DNA from: Pirellulales bacterium | Lineage (GTDB): Bacteria; Planctomycetota; Planctomycetia; Pirellulales; JAICIG01 | Direction: 5' to 3' | Assembly: GCA_040901675.1 (NCBI GenBank) | Contig: JBBDYJ010000013.1 | Span: forward strand, 64,001 to 128,000 | DNA length: 64,000 nt | In this document: positions 1 through 8,166 of the stretch, piece by piece | Numbering within the stretch: position 1 is the stretch's first letter | How the letters are laid out: each line of letters begins with the position of its first letter | The notes under the pieces: generated by a model | The model's input: the letters and a program-made list of their open reading frames with translations, nothing else | What the model was told of the DNA's origin: nothing | The model's database searches: none | Program-made: the position numbers and the translations under genes

Positions 1-177
1 GCCCAGCGGGTCGAAGGCGATCTGGCCGGCAGTTGGGACCCGGACCACGACGTTTGGGGAGGGCACGGCGGCCGCGTTTACACGACCGCCCTGGGCGCGC
101 TGTGCCTGGAGGTCTACTACCGCTTTCTGCCCCTGTACGCAGAGGCAGCCTCGCGGGAAGCCGCTCGCCCTAAGTAG
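1..177 (+). CDS. 3' end of a prenyltransferase/squalene-oxidase-repeat (alpha/alpha toroid) protein, partial
   Basis: Frame 1 reads AQRVEGDLAGSWDPDHDVWGGHGGRVYTTALGALCLEVYYRFLPLY...K-TAG(175-177). The GSW...GGRVYxTA...LEVYYR C-terminus is typical of this planctomycete family. Confidence 0.75.
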   Translation, partial: AQRVEGDLAGSWDPDHDVWGGHGGRVYTTALGALCLEVYYRFLPLYAEAASREAARPK

Positions 178-233
178 CTGGTCCGCCGATAGATACGTTC
201 AGCCGGACGTTTTGGCCGTCAGGCAAATCTTGA

Positions 234-261
234 TTGACAGCGCGCCGGCCACCAGTAGAAT
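234..261 (+). promoter_or_regulatory. sigma70-type promoter upstream of the tatA genes
   Basis: TTGACA (234-239), 16-nt spacer, TAGAAT (256-261). Confidence 0.6.
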
Positions 262-414
262 GAATAGGCGTCGAGGCCGCCGGAATCGTCACGCTGTCCG
301 GCGGCGCTTCCCGCCTGAGCGTGTCGGCCTTTCGTGGTGTCGTTTTGGGTCTGACCTTTGCTGTTTTGACGCCGGCCCTGCGCGTACTCCACGGTCCATT
401 TTAAGAAGACGACC

Positions 415-648
415 ATGCACTTGCTCTTTGGGAACCCGCTTTTGGGCATCTTCGGCCTGCACGGGCTGGAGATTGTCATCGTGGGGCTGGTGGTCCTGCT
501 GCTGTTCGGCAACCGGCTGCCCAGCCTGATGCGGTCGCTGGGCCGCAGCGTGGTCGAGTTCAAGCAGGGTGTCCGCGAGATTGAAGAAGACAAAGACGCC
601 AACCTGGACGACGAGGAAGTCAGCAAGGGCGGCAGCCGGCGAAGTTGA
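415..648 (+). CDS. tatA: Twin-arginine translocase TatA/E subunit
   Basis: TM helix, FG hinge, then amphipathic helix (LLLFGNRLPSLMRSLGRSVVEFKQG) and acidic tail. Confidence 0.9.
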   Translation: MHLLFGNPLLGIFGLHGLEIVIVGLVVLLLFGNRLPSLMRSLGRSVVEFKQGVREIEEDKDANLDDEEVSKGGSRRS

Positions 649-729
649 CCGGCCTGATTGGAATTCAAGAAGAGGATGCAGGATTAAGGCGTCGGGTTAT
701 GGTTTGCTTGATCTGCCGAGGGTGATTCG

Positions 730-1047
730 ATGTTCGGTTTGAATCCGATGGAGTTGATGATCGTGGGGGCAGTGGCCGTGCTGTTGTTCGGCTCGAAGCT
801 GCCGAGCGTGGCCCGTTCGATGGGCCAGAGCATGATGCAATTCAAGCGGGGGATGCACGAGCTGCATGACGAGGTGAACTATGCCGGCGCCGGCAGTCGT
901 GCCACCCCGAAGGTAAAGCAGCACTATCACGAGATCGACGACCGCGACGAGTCGACCGCGCCCAAGTTTGAGCCACCCAAGTTCGAACCTCCCAGCGCCG
1001 AGCCCTCCGCCGCCGAACCCTCCACCGCGGAACCCACCGCCGGTTGA
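730..1047 (+). CDS. tatA: Second TatA/B-family subunit
   Basis: MFGLNPMELMIVGAVAVLLFGSKLPSVARSMGQSMMQFKRG with a Pro/Glu-rich repetitive tail. Confidence 0.88.
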   Translation: MFGLNPMELMIVGAVAVLLFGSKLPSVARSMGQSMMQFKRGMHELHDEVNYAGAGSRATPKVKQHYHEIDDRDESTAPKFEPPKFEPPSAEPSAAEPSTAEPTAG

Positions 1048-1225
1048 GGCGTTCGGCGGCGTTGGCCGGCCTTCTTGCCGCGCCGCGGCGCCGCGCAGGC
1101 CGACGTATGGCGCGGGTCTGGTCCCAGCGGATGGACGCCTTTGGCGCGATCCGCTATCCTGATCGGCTGCCGTTGGATCGGTTGCGGCGATCGATCACCG
1201 TGGCGGTTTGAGTGCGATTTTCTCC

Positions 1226-1299
1226 GGGCGGCTAGCTCAGTTGGTTAGAGCGCTATCCTCACACGGTAGAGGTCACAGGTTCGAGCCCTGTGCCGCCCA
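1226..1299 (+). tRNA. tRNA-Val (anticodon CAC), CCA not encoded
   Basis: Acceptor stem GGGCGGC/GCCGCCC, D-arm GCTC..GAGC, anticodon arm CTATC-CTCACAC-GGTAG, T-arm ACAGG-TTCGAGC-CCTGT. Confidence 0.96.
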
Positions 1300-1340
1300 C
1301 TACCTATCATGGACTTGCGGAGTCCATTCGATTGCGGCGC

Positions 1341-1802
1341 TTAGTCGCCGGCCTCCGGCGGCTGCCGCAGGAGCGTTAGCAGTTCCGTGTCGCTCAGGAC
1401 CGCAATGCCGCGCGCCTGGCAGTAGGCTTGAACATCGGCGTGCCGTAGGTGCCGGTCGAGCGTGCAGAGAGCGTCCGCTCGGCCGGCGACTGCTGTCGCG
1501 ATCACGGCGTCGTCGTCTGGATCGGTGGAGAGGGCCGCCGGCTGGAGATCGGGCGGCACGTCCACGATGTCGGCAGTTACTTCGAGGTCCGAGATGAAGT
1601 CGTCGGTTTCCTCCATCGTCATTCGGTGGAGCGCCTGGACGCGCGGATACTGAAGGACCCGACGGAGTTCGGCAAGGAGCCACCGCGAGAGGACAAGGAC
1701 ATGGCCCGGTGGCTGCAGCCGCTCCAGAACCTCGCGGGCGGGACCGGTCGCGTTCTTCGTTGCACGCACCAACACGTTGGTGTCGAGCACGACGCGCATC
1801 AA
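1341..1802 (-). CDS. PIN-domain toxin (VapC-like)
   Basis: RVVLDTNVLV...LLAELRRVL...DPDDDAVIATA...TLDRHL: the PIN acidic residues are present. Confidence 0.9.
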   Translation of the reverse strand: MMRVVLDTNVLVRATKNATGPAREVLERLQPPGHVLVLSRWLLAELRRVLQYPRVQALHRMTMEETDDFISDLEVTADIVDVPPDLQPAALSTDPDDDAVIATAVAGRADALCTLDRHLRHADVQAYCQARGIAVLSDTELLTLLRQPPEAGD

Positions 1803-2104
1803 TTTGGGCGCGGACGGACGTGGGCCATTGCCTCGTCCACGGCCGCCTCGAACTCACCCTCGGGCACATCTTTCATCCGCTCCGCGGTCTTATCGAGGAG
1901 CTCCCTAATCCGCTGCATGGCGGCCTGGCGAGCCTGGGGCGACGGAGGCTTACTGCCTGGAGTGACCATGACCGTCACCTCGTCGTCAGCCTCAAGCGTG
2001 CGACCGAAGAGGCGCACGACCCACGCTTTCGCGGGGGCGTCGAGGTCCTTCACCTTGCCGGCGATGACGTGCTCAATTGCGTGGTCATTGGATTCCATAC
2101 CCAA
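1799..2104 (-). CDS. Putative antitoxin, translationally coupled to the PIN toxin
   Basis: Small upstream ORF with a 4-nt ATGA overlap. C-terminus EGEFEAAVDEAMAHVR. Confidence 0.7.
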   Translation of the reverse strand: MGMESNDHAIEHVIAGKVKDLDAPAKAWVVRLFGRTLEADDEVTVMVTPGSKPPSPQARQAAMQRIRELLDKTAERMKDVPEGEFEAAVDEAMAHVRPRPN

Positions 2105-2427
2105 AGTCTACGCCTGGCAAGCGCGACTTGGCAACCGATTCCAGGCGGGTTTTGGGCATCGAACGCCGCCACACCGGCGACGCCAGGCCGAAGAAAGCCC
2201 GGCCGACAGCTCCGCCCGATGGACTTTTGGCGTGGGGGTGTCGCCCAAACGCTATCCGCCTTGCTGGCGCTCGCTCGGTGTACCGGCCGTACCGTTTGCC
2301 ACCCGGAAGTAACGCGATTCCCGGAGAGTTCTTGTACCGCTTGCGATGGCCCGCAAGAGGCGGCCGTTTGCGGTAACGTGCGACTTAGTCGGGACTTTTA
2401 GGCGATTTTGCTGGTGCCCGGACGGGA

Positions 2428-2469
2428 CTCACACGGTAGAGGTCATTGGTTCGAGCCCAGTGCCGCCCA
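2428..2469 (+). mobile_element. att-like duplicate of the tRNA-Val 3' half
   Basis: 39/42 nt identical to 1258-1299, starting exactly at the anticodon loop CTCACAC. Confidence 0.88.
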
Positions 2470-2529
2470 TTCGGTCGCCAGGTCGGTTCCGCCACGTATA
2501 ACTCCCCAATATACGGGATGATTTCCGCT

Positions 2530-2680
2530 GAGTCGGCCTTGGCAGCGCCTTAGGCTGATCGATGCCCGGTGAAACGGAGTCGGGCTCTGCTGGGGAGCAA
2601 CCCGACAAGGGATAGCCGCGCCGAAGCGTCGAAGTGAGGACGCGCGCCCCTGGATCGGCTGAAGTTCAGCCTTCAGGGGC
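2530..2680 (+). ncRNA. Structured non-coding element, possibly an orphan IS110-family end (bridge/seekRNA-like)
   Basis: Hairpin TCGGCC..GGCTGA (2533-2558). Large stem-loop closed by TCGATGC/GCGTCGA (2559-2632) with internal loops. Hairpin GCCCCTG..CAGGGGC (2646-2680). The IS110 resemblance is from recollection only. Confidence 0.4.
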
Positions 2681-4430
2681 TATTCGTTGAAAGCGAGCGG
2701 TCGGCCGTGCCTGAGGGGAGGACCACATAAAACGTTGACCCGATTCCAACCTTCGACTCGACCCAGATCTTCCCGCTGTGCCGTTCGACGACACGGCGGA
2801 CAATCGCCAATCCCATGCCCTCGCCCTTAGCCACTTCTGGATGGAGGCGTTTGAAGGCTTGGAACATCTTGGATTGGTACTCTTCACGAATTCCCAGACC
2901 GTTGTCGCGCACGTAATAGGTTTCACAATTGGCCTGCTCGTGACTCTCAAGGACAGCTTGATCAGAGCCTATCTCGATGACGCCTGGTCGCTCCGGATCC
3001 AGGTAGTTTAGCGCGTTCCCAATCAAATTTGCGAAGACCTGCTCGATCGCCGTAGGGTCGCCCCAAGCCGGCGGCAAGTCGTAAAGCGTGATCCGCGCTG
3101 AGCGTTCCGTTGCGGTGGCACTCATTGAATCGATGATCCTGGCGACGACCCCGTGTACGTCCACTGTCTGGCATTGGTACTCGACGCGGCCAGCTCTCGA
3201 GAGCCTGAGCAGCGCGTCGATGATGCTGCTCAGCCGGCTTACAGCCGTCTGGATAAAGCGGATATTCTCGGCGCATTCTCGGTCCAATAACGCCAGGCCG
3301 CGCTCCTTGGCAGCCGGAGGCAAATCATCCTCAGCCAGGATGCCCTTTATCTCCTGACAGACCGCAGCGAGCTCCTTGCTGAAGCCCTGCAAGTTCACGA
3401 GCGGAGACCGCAGGTCGTGGGAGACGCTGTACACGAACATCTCGTTTTCCCGGCTTTTTTGTTCCAGATTACGATTCGCCTCGGCGAGCTGGGCCGTCCG
3501 TTCGACCACGCGGCGCTCCAGTTCTTCGTTGAGCGCTGCCCTGGCTTGGGCCATTTCTTTCTCGGCCCGGGCGTGCAGCATTTCCAGCTCTTTGTTCTTG
3601 AGCTCCTCGGCAATGCGCCGGTTCTCTTCCTGGAAGAACTTGCGCCGCAGCAGAGCCCGGATGCGTCCTTTCAAAACCGCCATGTCGCTCGACTTGCCCA
3701 CGAAATCGTCCGCGCCCGCTTCCAAGGCCTGAGTCAAATCCTCCTTGCTCTCCCGGCCGGTCAGCATCAACAACGTCACCGAATTAGCAGTTGTCTGGCG
3801 CGACTGGTTGACTCGGCGACATACCTCAATACCGTCGATGTCCGGCAGTACCAGATCGACGAGGGCACAATCAAACGTCTCTTTGAGAATGCGATCCAAA
3901 CCGTCGCGCCCGCTCAGCGCGGTCTCAATCTGGTAGCCTTCCTTTTCTAACTCGCTGGCCAGGAACTGTTGATAGGTTAGGCTGTCGTCGATCGTCAGCA
4001 GTCGAGCCCGACGAAAATGGTGATCGGCCTGCCCGAGGATTGATGACTGGAACCTAGACTTGCCGAGCAGCGTGCGGATGCGCGCGAGCAGAATGTCTGA
4101 GTCGACCGATTTGGGCACGAAGTCGTCGGCACCGCTGTCCAGGCCGTGCAGCTCGGCATCGTGCGTATCGTCCATCGTGAGCATCACGATCGAGATGTTT
4201 CGCGTGTTGATGTTCATCCGGATACGGCGGCACAATTCATCGCCACGAATCCCGGGCAGGTAATAATCGAGAACAATCAGGTCCGGCGAGTTCTGATTGA
4301 GCTTTTCCAGGGCCAACTGCACCGTGGGCGCCCAATCCACCTGCCAGCCCTGGCGCTCGAACTCATTGGTGAGCTTGATCGCCTGCGTCCGCGAGTCTTC
4401 GACGAGCATGATGCGATAAGGGCTCGTCAT
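2673..4430 (-). CDS. Hybrid histidine kinase REC-REC-HisKA-HATPase (output of the chemosensory operon)
   Basis: Two receiver domains (VEDS..LDYYLP..KS; IDDS..VDLVLP..GK), H-box SVSHDLRSPL, N-box NLIGNA, G-boxes DNGLGI and GMGL. Confidence 0.93.
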   Translation of the reverse strand: MTSPYRIMLVEDSRTQAIKLTNEFERQGWQVDWAPTVQLALEKLNQNSPDLIVLDYYLPGIRGDELCRRIRMNINTRNISIVMLTMDDTHDAELHGLDSGADDFVPKSVDSDILLARIRTLLGKSRFQSSILGQADHHFRRARLLTIDDSLTYQQFLASELEKEGYQIETALSGRDGLDRILKETFDCALVDLVLPDIDGIEVCRRVNQSRQTTANSVTLLMLTGRESKEDLTQALEAGADDFVGKSSDMAVLKGRIRALLRRKFFQEENRRIAEELKNKELEMLHARAEKEMAQARAALNEELERRVVERTAQLAEANRNLEQKSRENEMFVYSVSHDLRSPLVNLQGFSKELAAVCQEIKGILAEDDLPPAAKERGLALLDRECAENIRFIQTAVSRLSSIIDALLRLSRAGRVEYQCQTVDVHGVVARIIDSMSATATERSARITLYDLPPAWGDPTAIEQVFANLIGNALNYLDPERPGVIEIGSDQAVLESHEQANCETYYVRDNGLGIREEYQSKMFQAFKRLHPEVAKGEGMGLAIVRRVVERHSGKIWVESKVGIGSTFYVVLPSGTADRSLSTNSP

Positions 4431-5521
4431 CGGACGGCCTCCTCCGTCTTTAAGACCAGTTGCGTCAGGCGTGGGCCGATCTGTTCGAGTGGGAGCGATT
4501 CGCAGGCCGCTTCCATGCGGACGGCCATGCCAGGCATGCCGTAAACCACGGCCGTCGATTCATCCTCGGCAATGGTGTAAGCCCCTGCTTTGCGAAGTTC
4601 CTTCAGCCCGGCTGCGCCGTCGTCTCCCATGCCGGTCAATAGCACGCCCAGCGATCGAGGACCGAAACTGCGGGCAAGCGACTTAAACAGCACCGTGCCA
4701 GACGGCCGCTGCGCGCTGACCGATGGGCCGTCGTTGAGGCGCAAGCACGTCGCGTCCACCCACAGATGCCGGTCGGCTGGAGCGACATAGACCCTGCCGC
4801 GTTTTGGGATGTCACCGTCCTTGGCAAGGCCGATTTCCAGTGGGGATGAGGCAGCGAGCCAGGATACAAAACCATCCATGAAACTGGTGGTCATGTGTTG
4901 AACCAACACCACAGGCAGGGGAAACCTCGGCCCCAGGTCGCCCAGAAGTTGCTGCAAGGCGCTGGGACCGCCTGTGGAAGCCACAAGCCCAAGCATGCGA
5001 AACGGCACGGCAGGCCAAGCTGAAGAGCGCCGGCTGACCTCGGCACTCTTCGCGGCATTGCTCGCTGGAAAGCTCGACTTGGTTCTGATTCGCTGGCGTA
5101 CGACTTGCACCTGGCTCATCAGCACGAGCTGCGTACACAGCCGCTCCGCCAACGGGGCATAATCGCGATGCGTTCTCCCCACGGGCTTCTCGATCACCGA
5201 CAAGGCCCCCGCCCGCAAGGCATTCATGGAGACCTTCAAGTCTTCTGCTTGTACGCTTGCGGAGACGACGACAATGGGAGTCGGTCTTTCGGCCATGATC
5301 CGCTGTGTCGCCTCGAAGCCATTCATGCCTGGAAGCCGAATGTCCATCGAGATCACGTCGGGGGACGCGTCGTGCAAGGCGCGCAGGGCCGCCTCGGCGC
5401 TATCCAGGGAGGCCACGACTTCCAGGCGCGGATCGCTTCCGATCAGGGATTCCAAGAATTCGCGAACGACGCGCGAATCCTCGACGATCATGACCCGAAT
5501 CTTCTTCATGCAGGCGCTCAC
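4427..5521 (-). CDS. cheB: Chemotaxis methylesterase CheB (REC plus methylesterase)
   Basis: ASTGG, VQHM and LTGMGDDG catalytic motifs; N-terminal REC. Confidence 0.96.
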   Translation of the reverse strand: MSACMKKIRVMIVEDSRVVREFLESLIGSDPRLEVVASLDSAEAALRALHDASPDVISMDIRLPGMNGFEATQRIMAERPTPIVVVSASVQAEDLKVSMNALRAGALSVIEKPVGRTHRDYAPLAERLCTQLVLMSQVQVVRQRIRTKSSFPASNAAKSAEVSRRSSAWPAVPFRMLGLVASTGGPSALQQLLGDLGPRFPLPVVLVQHMTTSFMDGFVSWLAASSPLEIGLAKDGDIPKRGRVYVAPADRHLWVDATCLRLNDGPSVSAQRPSGTVLFKSLARSFGPRSLGVLLTGMGDDGAAGLKELRKAGAYTIAEDESTAVVYGMPGMAVRMEAACESLPLEQIGPRLTQLVLKTEEAVR

Positions 5522-8166
5522 AGGATTTGCTCGATCGTCTGCAGCAGGTCCTGGTGATCGAATTTGCGCTTCACGATGTAGGCGTCGGCTCCCAGGCTCA
5601 GGCCGCGCTGCTGGTCCTCGCGGTGATCCACCGAGCTGACGACAATCACCGGCAGGCGCGCCAAGCGTTCATCTTTCTTGATCTCCTCCAGCAGGCCAAA
5701 GCCGTCCAGGCGCGGCATTTGGATATCGGTGATGACGAGATCTATTTTTTCCGAACGGAGTTGGGCCAAGGCCTCCAGCCCATCGACGGCCACGCGCACG
5801 CGATATCCGTGCGTTTCCAGAATGCTCGTCTCCAGCGTTCGGGTGGTGAAGGAGTCGTCGACCACGAGAATCGTCGGAGGTTGCCGGTCGTCGTCGGCCG
5901 TGGCTAGTCGGAAGCCTGGCGTCTGGCGGGACGACCGGAAGGCTTGGATTACCTCCGCAGGATTGAGCACCAGCGCCACGGTGCCGTCTTCCAGCAGCAT
6001 GCCGCCGCCGAACTTGTTGAGCGATTCCGCCGGGGCGCCGAGCTTCTTGATGAGTGCGTCGCGTTCGGCCAAGAGGGCATCGACTGCCACCGCCAGCCGC
6101 TTCCGCCCCGCTCGCAGGACCACCAGCGACAGTACGTCTGTGTCCAAGCCGCCGTCCGACGTCTCGATCCCCAGAAGCTGGGCCAGCAGGGCCACCGAAG
6201 TCAATTGCCCCTCCAGGGTGACCATCGGTTTTCCTTCCACCGTTTCCAGGTCCTTGGTTTTGATGCGGTGCAGCGATTCGATGCCGTAGAGCGGGATGGC
6301 AAAGGTTTGGCCATGGCACGAGACCAGGAGCAGCCGATGCGTCGACATGGCCAAGGGCACGCTGAGCCAGAGACTCGTGCCGCAGCCTTCTCTGGGCCGC
6401 AACTCGACATCTCCCTGCAGTCGGGCAACGGCTTCGTGCACCACAGAAAGGCCCATGCCACGGCCGGACAATTCGGTAACGACTCGTGCCGTGGAAAAGC
6501 CTGGCTGAAATAACAGTCGAGTCAGCTCGGGGATCGTGGCTGTGACCACATCTTCTTCCGAAATAAGTCGCCGCCGAGCCGCAATCTCGGCGGTTTTTAC
6601 CAGATCGATGCCGCGACCATCGTCCTCGACCGTCATCGTCAGCCGGTTGCCGACTGATTCGATTCTCAACAGCATGAGACCTGTGGGCGGTTTCCCGTGG
6701 GCCTGGCGCTCGTCAGGACGTTCGATGCCATGCGTCACGGCGTTGCGTAGGATGTGCATCAGGGGATCTTTCATGGCCTGCAGCACCATCCTGTCGGCCT
6801 GCACCTCAAAGCCGCTGATGCGGAACTCGATCTGTTTGCCTTCGTCGCGGGCCAGGTCGCGCACCATTTTTCGGAATCCCTGGAACGCGGTTTCGACTGG
6901 AACCATCCGCGTCCGCCGCACGTCTCGTTGAAGCTGCTCTCCCAGGAGCCGCAAGGACCATGCGCTGCGCTGCTGCAGCAGCCTGACGGACCGAACGTGC
7001 CGAGAAAGGGAGTGAAGCTGATGCTCGATCAGGTCCAGTCCTTGCCGGACGCGTTTCACCTCGGGCGTGGCATCGAGGCTTCGAATGCTCCCCGTGGCCT
7101 TCTTGAGGGCGTTCCAATGGCTCTCGAGCCCATTGACCTGGCGGCTCATCGCGCCGAGCTCTTGGACCACCAAATTCTGCTTGAGGCTCTCGGTTAGCAA
7201 CTCACCAGTCGATTGGAGCAGGCGGTCGAGGCTTTCGGCGCTGAGCCTCACCGTTTCCACCGGCAGGAGCAGCGCGTCGGCAGGTGCGGCAACCGGTGCA
7301 TCCGCCGCGATCGATGGCCTGTCGCCTGCGGATTGACTTGGCGCGGCCTCCGGACCTTCCTCCGCCTCCGATCTTGTGAGCTGCTCGAGAATCGTGACTG
7401 AATCGCTGAGTTGTGAATCACTCGTGCGCGGAGGCACGGCAACACAATCCTGGATGGTGTCTACGCCCCGCCGGATGGCCTCGATGACGGCGCCGCTGAA
7501 AGAAACGCGTCCTTGGCGCAGTTGCAAGAGCAGGCGTTCGAACTGATGTGCCACGTCGTCGACGCCCTTAACGTTGGCGACACGGGCTGCTCCCTTCAAA
7601 TTATGCGCGCAGCGAAAGGCTTCCTCGAGATCCACGGTTGCCGGCGGACTGCCGTGCTGCTCAACATTGTCGACTAGCGCACGGATGCCGTTGAGATATT
7701 CATGATGCTCTTCTTCAAAGGCGGCCCGCAACTTCAGATCGAGATCCGAGGACGGTTGGACGCTCTTCACCTGCAGGGGCGCGGAGCCCGTCAGCCGATC
7801 GAGCTCGTCCAGCACCTGCTTTGGATCCGGAGGCGTGCGGTCCTTACCCAGGCAGGCGGCGTCGTCTTCAATCGCATCCAAGGCCATTTGGATCACACAG
7901 AGGCCTTCCTTGTCGAGCTGCAAACCGCCGCCCCGTACACGTGAGAACAGGCTCTCCAGCCGGTGCGCGACTTGTTCAGCCGCAACGGCGCCGGTGATCC
8001 GAGAGGCGCCTTTGAGGCTATGAGCGCGGCGAAAGGCCTCGTCCAGCTCGGAGCCAGCGTTCGCAACGCCGTGCGCCTCGAGTTTGGCGAGGTTGGCGCG
8101 AATGCCTTCCAGGTGCTCGACGCATTCTACCTGGAAGGCGGCCAGCAGTTTCTCGTTGCCGTCCAT
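5518..8166 (-). CDS. cheA: CheA hybrid kinase (Hpt-Hpt-dimer-HATPase-CheW-REC), WspE-like
   Basis: AHSLKGA and AHNLKGA Hpt motifs, LMHILRNAVTHGIE, GFST...SGRGMGL, CheW domain, C-terminal REC. Confidence 0.95.
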   Translation of the reverse strand: MDGNEKLLAAFQVECVEHLEGIRANLAKLEAHGVANAGSELDEAFRRAHSLKGASRITGAVAAEQVAHRLESLFSRVRGGGLQLDKEGLCVIQMALDAIEDDAACLGKDRTPPDPKQVLDELDRLTGSAPLQVKSVQPSSDLDLKLRAAFEEEHHEYLNGIRALVDNVEQHGSPPATVDLEEAFRCAHNLKGAARVANVKGVDDVAHQFERLLLQLRQGRVSFSGAVIEAIRRGVDTIQDCVAVPPRTSDSQLSDSVTILEQLTRSEAEEGPEAAPSQSAGDRPSIAADAPVAAPADALLLPVETVRLSAESLDRLLQSTGELLTESLKQNLVVQELGAMSRQVNGLESHWNALKKATGSIRSLDATPEVKRVRQGLDLIEHQLHSLSRHVRSVRLLQQRSAWSLRLLGEQLQRDVRRTRMVPVETAFQGFRKMVRDLARDEGKQIEFRISGFEVQADRMVLQAMKDPLMHILRNAVTHGIERPDERQAHGKPPTGLMLLRIESVGNRLTMTVEDDGRGIDLVKTAEIAARRRLISEEDVVTATIPELTRLLFQPGFSTARVVTELSGRGMGLSVVHEAVARLQGDVELRPREGCGTSLWLSVPLAMSTHRLLLVSCHGQTFAIPLYGIESLHRIKTKDLETVEGKPMVTLEGQLTSVALLAQLLGIETSDGGLDTDVLSLVVLRAGRKRLAVAVDALLAERDALIKKLGAPAESLNKFGGGMLLEDGTVALVLNPAEVIQAFRSSRQTPGFRLATADDDRQPPTILVVDDSFTTRTLETSILETHGYRVRVAVDGLEALAQLRSEKIDLVITDIQMPRLDGFGLLEEIKKDERLARLPVIVVSSVDHREDQQRGLSLGADAYIVKRKFDHQDLLQTIEQIL

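Noticed and set aside
2555..2580. CTGATCGA...GAAAC as a possible hammerhead ribozyme
   Set aside because: The core deviates from CUGANGA and no convincing stems I-III could be formed.
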